Origin: the human T2T-CHM13v2.0 reference genome, Homo sapiens
Reading direction: 5' to 3' (one strand)
NCBI RefSeq assembly: GCF_009914755.1
Contig: NC_060926.1
DNA length: 64,000 nucleotides
Shown: piece after piece, positions 11,911 through 26,597 of the stretch
How the letters are laid out: each line of letters starts with the position of its first letter
Position numbering within the stretch: the first letter of the stretch is position 1
Notes under the pieces: model-generated
Seen by the model: only the letters and a program-made list of their open reading frames with translations
What the model was told of the DNA's origin: nothing
Database searches by the model: none
Translations under genes and position numbers: made by a program

Positions 11911-13959
11911 TAAAACTTCTGTTATTAATTAAAGCTTCTGTTATTATTTTTCATAGCTTTTTATTAATTTTAAAAGTATTCCATGCGCTCAATAAGATAT
12001 TCGAACAGAACAAAAGAACAAGCGTAGGAAAGTCAGCCTCCTTGTACCCTAAGGCCTCAACTGTCCTTTTCAAAGGCAGCATGGCTTACAGCTTCTTGCA
12101 TATTCCTCCCAGACATTTTCTAAGTAGATACATATATGCAAATATATGCATGCATACATATACATGTATGACTTCTTTAAAATTTGGAAATAATATACCT
12201 AGAGCCCCTGTCCCTTGCTTTTTCGTTCATCAATGTTTCTTGGACATTGGTCTATATCAGCATATATGAATGGCTTGTTTGCCTCCCATTGTGTAGGTAT
12301 ACCAAAACTCATTTAGCCAGTAGCTTATTCATAAACATTTAGGTTTCCAGTATTTTACCAGGAAACAATGAATTCCACAATAAGCATTCCTATGACTTAT
12401 TTCTTTGCTGTGCAGCTATTGCTAACAGAATTCTCATTCTGCTATTGTTTCTCATCACTATTGGGCGCCCGTGGGAGGAAAAAATTGGGGTGTGTTTTAA
12501 GATCTTATATGTAATACCATTCCCAAGCCCTCTCTGATCTCTAATGAAAAAGAAAATCGATATATATAGATAGATGTTTATAGGTTCATATATATATCAT
12601 CCATTGAGCACTACGCACTAAACATTTAACATACATTACTTGATTTGGTGGCTTTCCAAAGATTCTATGGTTTCCAATGTGTTAACTTTTCTCACAGATT
12701 TATGTAATGAGAGATCTAGGAAAAAATACTTCCTCTTATTCAAAGCCTTGGTGTCCTGTGGTCTGTGGGGATGGTGCCTCCTAGGGGTGTGTAGGAGTAA
12801 CTGGTCCTACTCAGGATGCTCAGAATCTGCAAGGTGGGGTGGCCGCCTCCTCACTAAACATGCTGAAATGGCCACAGGCCTAGCTCAAAAAATTACTGGA
12901 ATAGCTTGGAACTCACAAGGCAAATTTCAAAAATGATGAGAAAAGCAGGTCAAAGCCCAGTTCAAGTCTAAATGTAAAATGTTGCAACACCAAAGAGGAA
13001 GATGGAATTGGCTTGGAGAAGTTGTCTTCAAGACCAGAAACAGCAGAAAACCAAGAACCACAAAGATAAGAATGAATACAAGTTTATGTTTAAAGAGATC
13101 CAATAAGATTTTGAAAAGGGAACTGAGGACATCTGTCTTTGTCTGGGTCACACTAACCAATTAAGAAAAAGGAGCCACCAATGACAAAAGCTCAACACTC
13201 AGAGGCCCTTACTGTCAGCTGTTACCGGCCGACTGCATGGATGAATCCACCGTATTGCTGGTGGTTCAAAGTGGCCAAGAAAACAATCGGTGATGCTCAA
13301 AGTCCAACCCAAACCCAGACACAGTGTGTGGCTGAATTGGGGGAACAAACGAATAACAACGGGAGGAAAGTGATCTGACAGAAAGCACACAACCTCAGGT
13401 GCTGGGATGAGTCTCCATTGACAGTAGCAGGTATATTCATAGACACAATTTGGCCATCAGTATTCCCCGGTAGGATTATTCTAAAGGTCACATTTGAATT
13501 ACCGACAGACTTCAAATGGAAGCTTCTCAGAGGGTAGTCTTTGAAGCCAGAGAAGGCACTCTATGGGCTGGCAAGAAGAAATTAGGTTGAAAAAATACTG
13601 CCGGCTAATGGCAGAGTGAACAGAGAATCTGAAAAATTAATTTGAATTCCCTCTGAAAGTCCAAGGAAACCATCTTTTTAGAGTCTTTTTCAAAAAAATC
13701 AGAAGCCTCACTGTAGTAAGATAAAAAAAGGCATCAATGCACTCCAAACGGCAGCAAGAGATGAAACAGTCATCCTTCTCAAAGAAGTTTGCTAATAAAA
13801 ACCAGTCTACTTGTGGGTGGGGGAGGGGAACGGGGCGGGGGGCAGCAACTAGCACCATTTGCTACTTGTGGGGTGTGGGGCCATTCCATTAGCAGCTCCT
13901 GTTCTGGCCAACCCAGGGGTCCACCCCAATCAAGCAATGGTACTGTAGTTGGCTGGGTG

Positions 13960-14380
13960 GGAGGTTGAGTCCCCTCAGGTCCCCTGAGAAGCAGATGCTA
14001 AGACAATGCTAGACAACTCAGAGATTAAACAGGGGAAGTTCCCATGAAGGATAGTTGGGAGAGAGAGCAGGAGGAGGTGGGGTGAGCCTTCAGACCACCT
14101 GCAGGTCTGACTCTGTGGAAGGAGAGAGGGAAGGAACAACAAGGTGGGAAGGACTTCAGACAGCAGTGCAGATTTCAGCCCTTCTTGGCCAAGCCATGGG
14201 GCATCTCTGAGCAAAGGTTGCCTGTTGGAGGAGCCCCACATCCGCAGAAATCGCCCCAGGCTAGTGCCTCTGCCCAGTTCAGGCACTGGCTAGGAGTAGC
14301 CCAAAGAGAGTGGCATCAGCATCAACATCACCATGGACCTGAAGCAGCAGAGCTGCACTGACTGTGGTCAGGGACCCTGG
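13960..14380 (-). mobile_element. ERVL LTR fragment (LTR16-like)
   Basis: 'gagaagcagatgctaagac...gagccttcagaccac.tgcaggtctgac..ctgtggaaggagagagggaagga' resembles the recalled LTR16 consensus. Confidence 0.55.
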
Positions 14381-15251
14381 GAGTGGGTTCTCTGGAATTC
14401 CGGGGAGGTCTCAGCAGCACCCCTGCATAGCTGCCAAGGAGCCATCCCAGTGCTGCCATTGATGTTGGGATCTGTGTCACAGGCAGCAGTGGAGATGTTC
14501 TCAGTTTCCACCCCAGCAGCACCATCTGTGGAGTGCTGCCTTTCTACCATCCGCAGCAGGGATGGGTGGGTGCCTTCGCCTCCTAGGGGACTGGAATGGG
14601 GCAGTCCCAGCCTCCTCCAGAAGGAAGTAGCATTGAGTGGGCAAAGGTCATGGGTCAAGCAAATAGCATCTGTGAATGGAGTGAAAGGACCCCAAACCAT
14701 TGTGAGTCAACAGCAGCACGGTGGCTGAGAGGTGGGGCTGAATTGAACCGTGGAGTAAATGAGACAATACAGGAGATGAAGCGCCATGTTTCATGCAAAA
14801 GCTATGGAGAGAGCCACTCCCAGAGGCCCTGCTGACACCTCTGAATGTCCCGCTGACATGTTTAAATGTCACCAAGATACAGCCTCACAAACATCCATGA
14901 ATAAACAAACCAAGTTCCTTGGAAACCTCTGAAAAAATAATTAACACCAGAAGAGGTTTGAGGGAGAAGATCTGGGTGCAAGAATTTCGTATCCAACCAG
15001 GCGTTCTTCTGTAAAGAGTGCAGAAAGCAAGTCTCAGGTGGATGTGGCCTGTAGAAAAACAACCGCCCCAAAACTTTAGACCTCCAAGAGATCATCACTA
15101 AGAAGAGTGCAAGGATGAAAACATCAAGGTAGAAAAGCTTGGAACTGAGCATTGAATTGAAAGCAGGAAACTATGGAAAGAGACTTAAGTTATGATGAAT
15201 ATAGTTACACATTTAAAATCAAAAGAAAAAAAAAAACAGAAGAGATTATCT

Positions 15252-15748
<497 letters not shown>

Positions 15749-15749
15749 T

Positions 15750-18700
15750 TAATAAAGCAGGAAGAATGTTCTTGTGTTGTAGGGGGTGGGGACAATGGAG
15801 GGTAATAGTAAGTGCCTGGGGTGAAGCAAAAGGCTCTATTGCTAATATTTCTATTCTGTTTTTTTTTTACTTCAATAATTACAGAAATATGTGTCAGATT
15901 CTTGAAAACCTTAAAAGCAACCACTATTAAAAATATGATGTCTACCTTCAAAATTACTACAGAAGATGAAAAGAAACAAAACCAACTACATAGCAAAGGA
16001 GTGAATATAATAGGAAAAGAAACAGCATAGAAATTACAACAATAAGTGTGAAAAAATTCAACTTTTATTAATATTCTCAATTCAAAAATAAAATATAACT
16101 GTTTGCTCTTATGAAGGGTGCACTTAAATGACACAGAAATGTTCCACATAAAAGTTCTGTGGCGATAGAACAGACAAATATAAACAAAAGAAAGACAGGG
16201 AGGCAATATTCATAACTAGCCTTGTAGAATTGCAGAACAAAATTGCTCATCAGGATTAAGAAGCTTATTTTTATAGAATAAAATAAAAACTCAATTGCGA
16301 GGGCAAATGTAGTAATCTTATACACCGAATGGTGGAAAAGTACATCAGGTACAATTCTTAGAATTCAAGGAGCCATTGGCAAAAACAAACTGCAGTGTCA
16401 GACTTTCATGTACTGTAGATTAGAACAAAACAAATAGGCAAAATATAAATTAGGACATAGAATTATATAAATAATATGATTAATACAGTTTAATTAATAG
16501 CCCTTGGGCTTGGTTTTAAACAAATAGGTAACCCATTTTTTTTCTCAAGCAGCCAAAAAACACTTGCCAAAAATGAATTATCTACCTTACAAGAACAAAA
16601 CCATCCATTAAAAAAATTCAGAAATTATTTTGGCTATACTCTCTGACCACATACACAAAGACCTAGAAAATAAAAATACAGCCTGGCCGGGTGCAGTGGC
16701 TTATGCCTGTAATCCCAGCACTTTGGGAGGCAAAGGAGGGAGGATCGTTTGAGCCCAGGAGTTTGAGATCAACCTCACAACATAGTGAAACTTCTGTCTC
16801 TACAATTTTTTTTTTTTAATTAGCTGGATGTGGTGGCTTGTGCCTATAGTTCCAGCTACTCAGAGGCAGAGGTTAAGGCAAGAGGATGGCTTGAGTCCAG
16901 GAGGTCGAGGCTGCAGTGACCTGTGATCATGCTACTACCCTTTAGCCTGGGCAACAAAGTAAGACCCTGTTTATATAAATTCTGTCTCAAAATAATAACA
17001 AAAATAATAATGACTATTTAAAAATAAAGTGAGAACTACAAAACTAAATACATGTGAAGAATAGCAAGAACTTTTTGGATTGGTTGTTTTAAAAAAAAAA
17101 AAATTCACAGGATACAGCCAAAACTATTCTCAGAGATAAACACATTGCCCTAACTGCTTTAATTTTCTTTAAGGACATTAAATAAATGAATTAAGCACTT
17201 AACTTGAGCATTTAGGGAAAAAATGTCTTAGGGAAATCAGGAAAAAAGTATAAAGATAAAAGTGGAAATAAAGGAATTAGAAAAGAGAAAATATCAGAAT
17301 CAACACATTTAATAGGTGGTTCCTTCAGAACAGAAGCAATAAACGAAGCAATACCTATATCTCTAACAACTATGATCAAGAAGAAAGGGCTCAAATGGTC
17401 ATAACTAGAAATAAGAAAGAAGACATTAAGCTGAGTTAGAGAGGAGAGCAAAAATAGCAAGAAACTGCATTGTTACGTGTGTGTTGATCTGTTGAAAAAC
17501 CTTGATGTAGTTGTTGATTTGGGGGCAAAAAATAATTTACCACAATCTATACAAGGTTTGACACAAGAAGAAATAGAATTATTGACTAGACCAATAACCA
17601 TAAAAGAAACAGAATATTATCAAAGAATTACTCTTAAAATAGGCTCTAGCTTATTTCAAATTTTCAAGCAACAGATAATCCCCGTGCCCTATAAAGTATT
17701 TCAGAACATAGTATTAATGAATTTCTATTAAACTAACTTATCCAAATAGCGAAACTCAGCACAAAAGAGACAGACTTGCTCAAATACAATTATGAATATA
17801 TATGCAAACATCCTAATTAAAATATTACCAGGTGGAATTCAGTACATTAACATTATAAATCATCATGATGAATCAGATTCACTATAGAAATGTAAGATAG
17901 TTTCAGTGTTAGGAAATCAATTAATGTTTTGTATCACATCATTAGAGCAAAAATAAAAAGTCATCCAATTGTATAAATAGTTTTTCGAGTTATTTAACTA
18001 ATGGAACAGGAAAGTACTTCTTACAAAGAGTAAATTGCTCACACCAATGACAACTTTGTATTTAATGGTAAAATAGTAGGGACATTCTTGTTGAAATCAG
18101 ACATTTACTAACCCAAAAATCTCAGACTATGCACTAACACATTTAACAGAAGCAAGAATAAATGAGGCATTCCACAAAAATCAATAATACAAAGGGAAGG
18201 CTTAGTTAAGAAATTATGTTAAGAATTATGTTAAGACTGTCAGTTAACAATTTGGGAGTAAAAACCAACTTAGAGTCTCATCTTACACGGTATCTCAAAA
18301 GAAATTCCAAATTCATCAAGGAATTACATTTCAAAACAATCAAATCATAGAAAAACTAGATGAAAATTTAATAAACAACTTATAAAATCACTAAAGGGAA
18401 AAGCTCTTTGTCAACTTAGCATAACTGAAAATCAAAGAAACAGAAAATAAACAGGACAGGTTTGACTGCACAAAAAAAATTCTTTTTGCTAAAAAGTCTT
18501 AACATCAAATAATGTACTCGAAGAAACAAAACACAATCAATGTTAGACAAATGACGTTCTTTCTCTGAGAAGAGAATATTAAAATGAATAACATCAAGAA
18601 CAACAATAGATGAACAAGCCAATGACATAGGCAGTTCCCAGAAGAGGATTTACAAAGAGATAACATTTTTGCTTATCAAATTTAACAAAGAATTTGGCAA

Positions 18701-19250
18701 GGGTTCTGTGAAACCAGTCACCAATATGCTAGTAGGTGTACAAATTAGCACACCACTTTTGGGATTTGATAATTTCTATTACAAGCCATGAAAATTGTAT
18801 GTCTTTAATCCAGTGATTCTGAGAATTCACCTTAAGTAAATTATATGAAAGAAGAAAAATTGTGTACAAAAATATGTCCACCTTGGCATTTTTTCTTCTT
18901 ATTCTTCTTTGCCTCAATGTATTACCACATTACTTTTTTTCTAATAGTAAAAAATACATACACACATGTAAATGCCAACAAGAGGTTAAGTTCACTACGG
19001 TAAATTTACTCAATGGAAAATTTTTCTGTCTGACTGTTATGTTTATGCTGACTATGTTGAGTAAAAACCCCACAAACTATAGAATTAGACATTCAGAATG
19101 ATTTCAACTGTGATTAAAATTACAAAAACCCACGCATAGAGGGGAAAAAAAAAAAAACCTAAAAAAAGATTTCTACATCCCAACCAGTGGTTGCATTCTA
19201 GCAGTTGGAAGGTGGGTGATTTTTAAAATCTTTTATCTTTATCTCTGTCT
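15750..19250 (+). mobile_element. Highly decayed ancient L1 (L1M-type) ORF2/3' fragments, interrupted by an Alu
   Basis: A-rich strand bias; ORF 17477 reads LTQEEIELLTRPITIKETE...FQIFKQQIIP, similar to L1 ORF2p LNQEEVESLNRPIT...YQRYKEELVP. Confidence 0.7.
16685..17005 (+). mobile_element. Alu SINE (AluJ-like)
   Basis: Starts GGCCGGGTGCAGTGGC; dimeric. Confidence 0.93.
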
Positions 19251-19252
19251 TT

Positions 19253-19276
19253 TGTGTGTGTGTGTGTGTGTGTGTG
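19253..19276. repeat. (TG)n microsatellite
   Basis: Run of about 12 TG units. Confidence 0.95.
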
Positions 19277-21544
19277 CTTTTCTAATTAGTTAATGATAAT
19301 ATGAAAACCTGAGATTAAAAAAATATATATATATAATGCTTGGTGGGGAAAAAGGAGACCAGTAAGGATAGCTTTCAATTTTTTCCTTCTGTATCAGAGA
19401 AACAACTTGTGGTCTGGGTTTGTGTTTGAGGCATGGCAGGGCGCAAGGTTTACACAAAATTAAAAGTTATGCATTGAATTCACCAAAGCTCAGCTGATGA
19501 GGCATGACCTTTCAGGGTCAGAGATGAGCATTTCAAGATGGGGCTGGGAACGAAGCATGAAGTGAGAGAGAGATGTGGGAGTGTCAAGTGAGACAGCAAT
19601 CCCACCCAAATGATGGGAGAACAGCAACAAGAACCTGATTCATGATTTTTTTAAAAAAAAATTGAAAAATAAACAAGTTTCCTCTGTTCACAGGTCAGCC
19701 ATCACATTATAAAAATGTGTATTACATAAGCAGTAAAAGACGACATAAAAGAGACAAAATGCCAGCTTCATAGTGAAGAGTAGGTGAAGGTAAGAAAAGA
19801 GATTTAAAATATAATTCCCCCAAAGCTTGGCAAGCTATCAATAGCATCAAGAAGTTAAGAACTTAAATATTTTCCAAATTGAATATTTAGGTTAAATCAC
19901 CTTGTCTATCTTAACGGGACAAAAGGAAGAGAAGATTCACAGTAGAAACTGAAAATGAAAAAACTATAATATCACAATATAGAAAACAGAGGGGCAACCT
20001 CACAGAGGTTTATGCAAATATTATAAACAATTGTTAATACTCCCTATATTAATCTATTAAAACCAACCATCAATTTAAAAAAAACAAAATTCAATCATCT
20101 TTTGTCAAGGAAAAACACTAAGAAAATGAAAAGACACAGAGTAAAATGATAGCATAATCTTTGGTTTATCAGGCACATTTTGTGCTAGAAAGGAAGGGAA
20201 TAGGACAAAGTAATTTTTTTTTTAGTAAAAAGAATTGAGAAAGTAACATGGAGACTCCACAAGAGTGAAAGTTACAATAAATAATGAAAACTTAAAACAC
20301 TCAATTTCTGTTCCAATTAGCACAGCAAACAAGTACATAATGGGACCATGCAGGAAATGCAAAAGAAATTTTAAAAAATGGAAATATAATGTAGCTGGAG
20401 CCCTTAGTGCCCCTCCTGTGGAATACCCATGATCAAAATAGACAGAAATTAGAGCTCTGAACAACCCAACTAATAAGGTAGACTAGCAGATCAGGGAGAA
20501 GTACATCATAAATCAAGGGTCTATGCTCTCTTTAGAAGAATAGAAGTGTCTTTCACAAAATTTACCCCATTCCCGAGCACAGGCAATGGCAATTTTACAC
20601 TCCTCATTCTCGGACCACAAAGAAAATAGCTGTTTGTTGGTCCTGACCACTTAGCTGCAGTGCCATATTAAAAATACAGGCATTTCTATGCATTCTTTTA
20701 CACAGGCTCTTTACGTGTGAGTCAGAGACAAAATCAGACGTACATTGCTGAAATATTGTAAAGAAACAATATTTATACACAAAACACAAACGCAGTCACC
20801 ACTTTAAGGAAAGTGGGAATTCCTAAGTGTTCTTTTAAACATGAAAGGGAGAAACGAGGTGAGCCAAGGCTACACTCAAAGATCCTGGAAGTGGAATGGG
20901 AGTGACCATGGCCAATGCACAGCTCTGATCACCCTAGGACCCGAGGCTGTCTGTCTGCAGGGGCTGAACTCGGAGGGGCTAGGGAACCACAGCATGGGAG
21001 AAGATGCAGAAAGGCCTAGAGATGCTCCTAATCCCTAGAGGGAAAGGCACAAGGTCATCCATCCTCCAGTGATCGTGACGTGTTCCACCATAAGACTTCA
21101 CAGGGTCAGAAAAGGAATGGGTTCCAGGTGCTGCAGAAAGCAAACCTATCTCGCAGCCAGAGTGTCTGAGAGTAGACAAAGCAAAGCAGCCTCGTCATGT
21201 GGAGGGCTCTCTGTCACCAGAGAGGTATGCAAGCAAAGGCAGGGCTATGTGCTTATCCAGGGTGCTGTAGAGGGAATTCATGCACACAGCCGTGTCTTAC
21301 TGAAGGGTGTTTTTGTTTGTTGATTTTTAACCCTGAAGTAGAATCTCCTTTCAATATAAGGCTGTTTTCCAATGTTTGGTGAAAAGGAGAGAAAGTATGT
21401 GACGTGTGGAAAGGGACTGGGGTGGAGCACAGAGGCCTTGCTTCTCCTCCTGGCTCCCTCTGCTTGGGGGGTTCCGTCTCATTTCTTCCATCCTCAAGGC
21501 CCTGCTCAGCCCCGAGCCCGGAGCCCTGGCCTCAATGTGCTGAT

Positions 21545-22168
<624 letters not shown>

Positions 22169-22884
22169 TGTGCTGGTTCTTAATTGCTGACTCTACACAT
22201 TCTGCAGCTGGGATTCCCGCAACTGCCAGTGGTCCATGGTACCCTCATCCGCCCACACCCTCAAGGATCCAGTGTCCCACTTGCGGCAGCCCTGTGGCTT
22301 TGCCTGCACAGCTGAGACCTCGAAACCCAGCTATGTGGCTCCACACCAGACCTACCTTTCTTCCCTCTGTGGCCTGGACTTTCCAGAGAACACAAGCAAC
22401 AAGAAGATCACAACCCTAAGGAGGGTTGCAACTGAGAAGGTGGCCCTTCCTGCAGCTGCCAGGCTGTTATCTGCACAGAGCATTGCAGCGTGAGCCACCT
22501 CAGAGATGGCAGGGCCAGAGCCTAAAAAAGCAGCATTGGCACAGCCGCAGGGATGGATTTGAGGAGCCCTGGAATACTCCCCCAAAAATGCCGCAGTTAG
22601 AATACACAGCGTATCCACCAGTAACACCATAGTGTGAATAAAGTCATCCGCCTGTGCCTGAGCTGGGCTTCTGGGGGCCACGATAGAAGAAGGAACAGGA
22701 CACAGAGGGGACAGAGCACATGACCACAATCTCCCCAATGCCTGAATGTTGCTGGAGCTTGGGCTGGGGGGTTGGAGTGGGGCTGGGAGAGGGGAGGGGC
22801 CGGCTTGGGGACGTGAAAGGTGGCCAGCAGTGTGCTCAGTGATCTACGATGGGAACTCAGGACACTCCTAGGAGATTGCCCTAA

Positions 22885-22990
22885 TTATGCCCATTTTACA
22901 GATAAGGACAGTAAGGCTTAGAGATGTTAAAGATTCTACCCAAGGTCAAAAAGGCCGTGAGGGACCAGCTGGAACTCATGTTCTGAGTCT
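22885..22990 (-). mobile_element. MIR SINE fragment
   Basis: 'attatgcccattttacagataagga...aggcttagagatgttaa' is the MIR core. Confidence 0.7.
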
Positions 22991-24332
22991 CTCCTCCTCG
23001 CTCACCCTGGCCCCCATCAGCATCACAAGCAAGAGCATCTGGGATCCAGGAGTTGCCAAGCCCCCTCCTCACTTCTTTGCATGCTCATGCTCCTCTTTCT
23101 CCTTGGACTCTCTCCTCCACTGCTAAAAATCCCACCTCTTCCTTGAAATGCCCACTTCCCAGGTTCACCCACATCATCTGATGTGGTTTTCCCAGTGCAG
23201 TCCTGAGTGGGTGCCTTGAAAAGTCCTCTGTGTATCCCAGGGGGAGCGTGTCCCTGCTGTCCTCCAGCAACCCCAGGACCAGGACCATGTCCCTTTCACC
23301 TTTATCACCGAGCCTCACATACAGTTTGTCGTTGGGAAGGTCTTATTGCATGAAAGAGGGGGTGAAGAAATGACGGAACAAATGGCCAGGTCTGCTGCAG
23401 CTCCACAGTGACTGGTGCTCCCTTTACAGCTGGGACAGCCGCTCAGAACCAAAGGCAAACCTTGCCTTCCACAGAGCTGTGGGCGGCACTTTGCCCTGCC
23501 CTGTCCTCTCATCCCCACTGCCTCGGGCAGCACAAAGCCCAGGTGAAGCCAGGCCAGCCAGACATGTCCTGACTTTGTGTTCTCACTCTCAGGGAAGAAT
23601 CTAGAATGTTCAGGGTTCTAAGTGCTGCTGTGTCTTCCCGCCCAGCCTCTCCAAGAGACACTTGGCTAGGGTTAGAGAACAATGCAGCTATAATGTAGGA
23701 TAGCAACCAGGGCTTTCCTCTCCATCATTTACTGCCCTTGAGCGCCCCATGAGGAAGAAACCGTGTATTGCCTCATGCCCCAGAGAGGTAAACGGAGGCT
23801 AGAGAAATTACGCAGCTGGTGAGTGGGTGAGCCTGGGCTCCCAGGCTCCTTCTGGTCCCCAGTAAGCACTTGCTCAGGGCTGCAGGATGATCCCTGAGAG
23901 TGTGTCATCTCGGGCGCTTGGTGGTTTCCCAACAAGATTCTGGGGAATGGGCGGCGGGCTTGGTGGAGGGCGGTGGCACGTGAGCTACATGCCCCGGGAA
24001 GGCTCCCAGGCTGCCTATGGGGAGGTTTCCCGACCCGACATGATGCTGCAACCCTGAGTCAGATCAGGAGGAAGTTGAGGGTTCGTAGAAAAATGTCACT
24101 CGTAATCGGGGACAAACCAGGTCTGCCTGCCGCTGCTGCTGTCACGGAGGCTGCCTGGAGGCTGCCGCTGCCCTGACACCTGGGACTGCTCGCTGAGTTG
24201 GGACAGGTGTGCACAAAGCCCAGGCCCACACAAGCCCCACTGATCTTAGGAGAGTTACCTGCAGTCCACAAGAGCAAGGTCAGGTTGGAGGCTCCGTGCC
24301 TTAGTTTCTCTAAATGGCCCAGAGGCTGTTAC

Positions 24333-24391
24333 CTGTTGGTGGTCCGGTGCAGCTGAGAGGGCTGAGAGATGTCATTTCTCCTCCAGGCCTG
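24333..24391 (-). other. GPR55: GPR55 first exon (5'UTR); 5' end approximate
   Basis: Minus-strand donor CAG|GTAACA at 24333/24332. The sequence ...gagaaatgacatctctcagccctctcagctgcaccggaccaccaacag matches my recollection of the GPR55 mRNA leader; intron about 14 kb. Confidence 0.7.
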
Positions 24392-24407
24392 GCTGTCAGC
24401 CTGTTCT

Positions 24408-24495
24408 GGGGAGAGTCACTTCCCCTCTCTGGGTCTCGACTTCCTTGTGAGTGAAATAAAGGGGTGGGACCAGATGCTCTTTGAGCCGCTCCAGT
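24408..24495 (+). mobile_element. MIR (MIR3/MIRc-like) fragment overlapping the putative GPR55 proximal promoter
   Basis: 'agtcacttcccctctctgggtctc..cttcct...tgaaataaaggggtgggaccagatg.tct' compared with MIR consensus 'agtcacttcccctctctgggcctcagtttcctcatctgtaaaatgagggggttggactagatgatct'. Confidence 0.7.
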
Positions 24496-25770
24496 GTCAC
24501 CCTGTCTGGCTTAGGGGCTCTTGCTCTGGGGTCTACAGAGAGGCTGCGTGGAACTAGAGTGTGGACATGGGGAGCAGTTTCCAGGAGGAGGGTCTACACT
24601 CTCCCGCCCTCTTGGAAGATCTGCACGCCCCCCTCCCGCAGCTCCAAAAAACAAAACAAAAAACCAAAAAGCCAAAAATCACACTGCATGTGTCAAGCCC
24701 TGGGAAGCCTCTGGAGGAGGAAGCCTCCTACGCACCCCAGACACCCTAACAGGGGCACCACACAGGGGCAGCCATTCTCAGCACCTGCCAAGGGCCGTCG
24801 TGGCTTCCAGCACTTTGGGGGTTTAGGATTTGAAACTGCTGCCCACAGAAAGGAAAGGAAGGTGGTGCTATTTAGTACTTGCAGGTTAGGACTTGCGTGC
24901 CTAGCGTCGGAGGAGACCTCAGCCACTGCATGTGTGTCTGCAAGAATGGTCAGTGGGGCCCCACAGGTTCCCCAGCCTCGGCTTCTCTGTCCCAGGCCTG
25001 CACAGAGATTTGGGGCAGCCTTGGGCCTGTGGCTTCCTAGGGCCCTGCAAGCAGAGATTTCCCTGGCATCTCCCACCTTCAGGGCTGGGAGGGCTGAGAC
25101 TCACCCGTGGGCCTGGGTGGCTCTTAGCTGGGAGCCCTCATAGATTCCAGCCCATCAGGAAAGTCTGGGCTGAAACTACCCCGGCAGATGCAGCTCTCAT
25201 GCCCTGGAGGTGCTGGGAGGCCCTGTCGGAGGACCAAACACAAGCAATTTTTAAAAGCTATGCGTGCTGGGACTTTCAGGTGTCTACAGGAATAGAAACT
25301 ACTCCTGGGTTTTTTGGATGATTCATCCAACACATGGGTCCCCTCTGTAAATAACACCTTGCAAGTCACTGCAGGGGAACCACCTGGCCCTCTGGAGCTG
25401 GGTCTTCCCACTGTCTGGTGAAGAGGTTGATGGAACCATGACAACTTTTAAGCTCTCACCTGGGCTTGTGCGATGGGCAGTGCCAAGTCCACTGCCTGCT
25501 CCAGGCCGTGGAGCCCCAAGCTGGCCTGGGTGCCAAGACAGGGCACAGGGCAGTCCTGCCCCCAGCGAGGCCCCCCTACTGGGCCACCAGCCCAATCTAA
25601 GCCAAAGGCTGGCTACTGGGCAAGGGGGGGCAGCCAGGCCCGCACCCTGGGTGCGGGAGGAGGCCAGGAGCCTGCTGGGACAGTAGCAGGGAGGAAACAC
25701 ACCGGTGTCTGGCACCCACCTCCATACCCAGAGCCTGCAATGTGAGGCCCCAGGAAGGCATCCACACTGA

Positions 25771-26142
<372 letters not shown>

Positions 26143-26523
26143 CTGGCTACCTTCTTTTAAGAAATGAATATTTCTACTTTATTGCTGTTGCAATATTAAA
26201 ATTTTTAAATTTTTAAATTTTTGAAAACATGCACATGATTCAAATACATATGTAAACACATATAGGAAAATATCTGTCCCACTCCTAAATCCAGCTCTCA
26301 CCTACCCCCCAGGGCACCACTGTTAAGTTTCTTCCAGAGTTTCTGTGCCCGCCCGTGTACACCTGAGCTCTTATTTTCTCCCTCTTTTGACACAGAAGCT
26401 AGAGACCACACGAGCTGCTCTGCAGTAGAAGGCATTGTCCACCTCCCTCTCCTGTGGGTATCCCTTGGATACCTTGGGGGATATCCAAGGTATATGGGGG
26501 ATCCCTTGCCAAGATACGTCTCC

Positions 26524-26597
26524 AGAGAGACTCAAAGGTTTGAGCTCCTAAGAGCAAGGCTAGGCAGGGACTCGCCCAAGGCCCCGTCCTAAGGCTC
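26524..26597 (+). repeat. Copy 1 of a ~74 bp dispersed direct repeat
   Basis: About 88% identical by eye to 28028-28100. Confidence 0.85.

Noticed and set aside
13815-13842. G-quadruplex-capable G runs (also about 22761-22810)
   Set aside because: Common in this GC-rich region, with nothing tying them to function.
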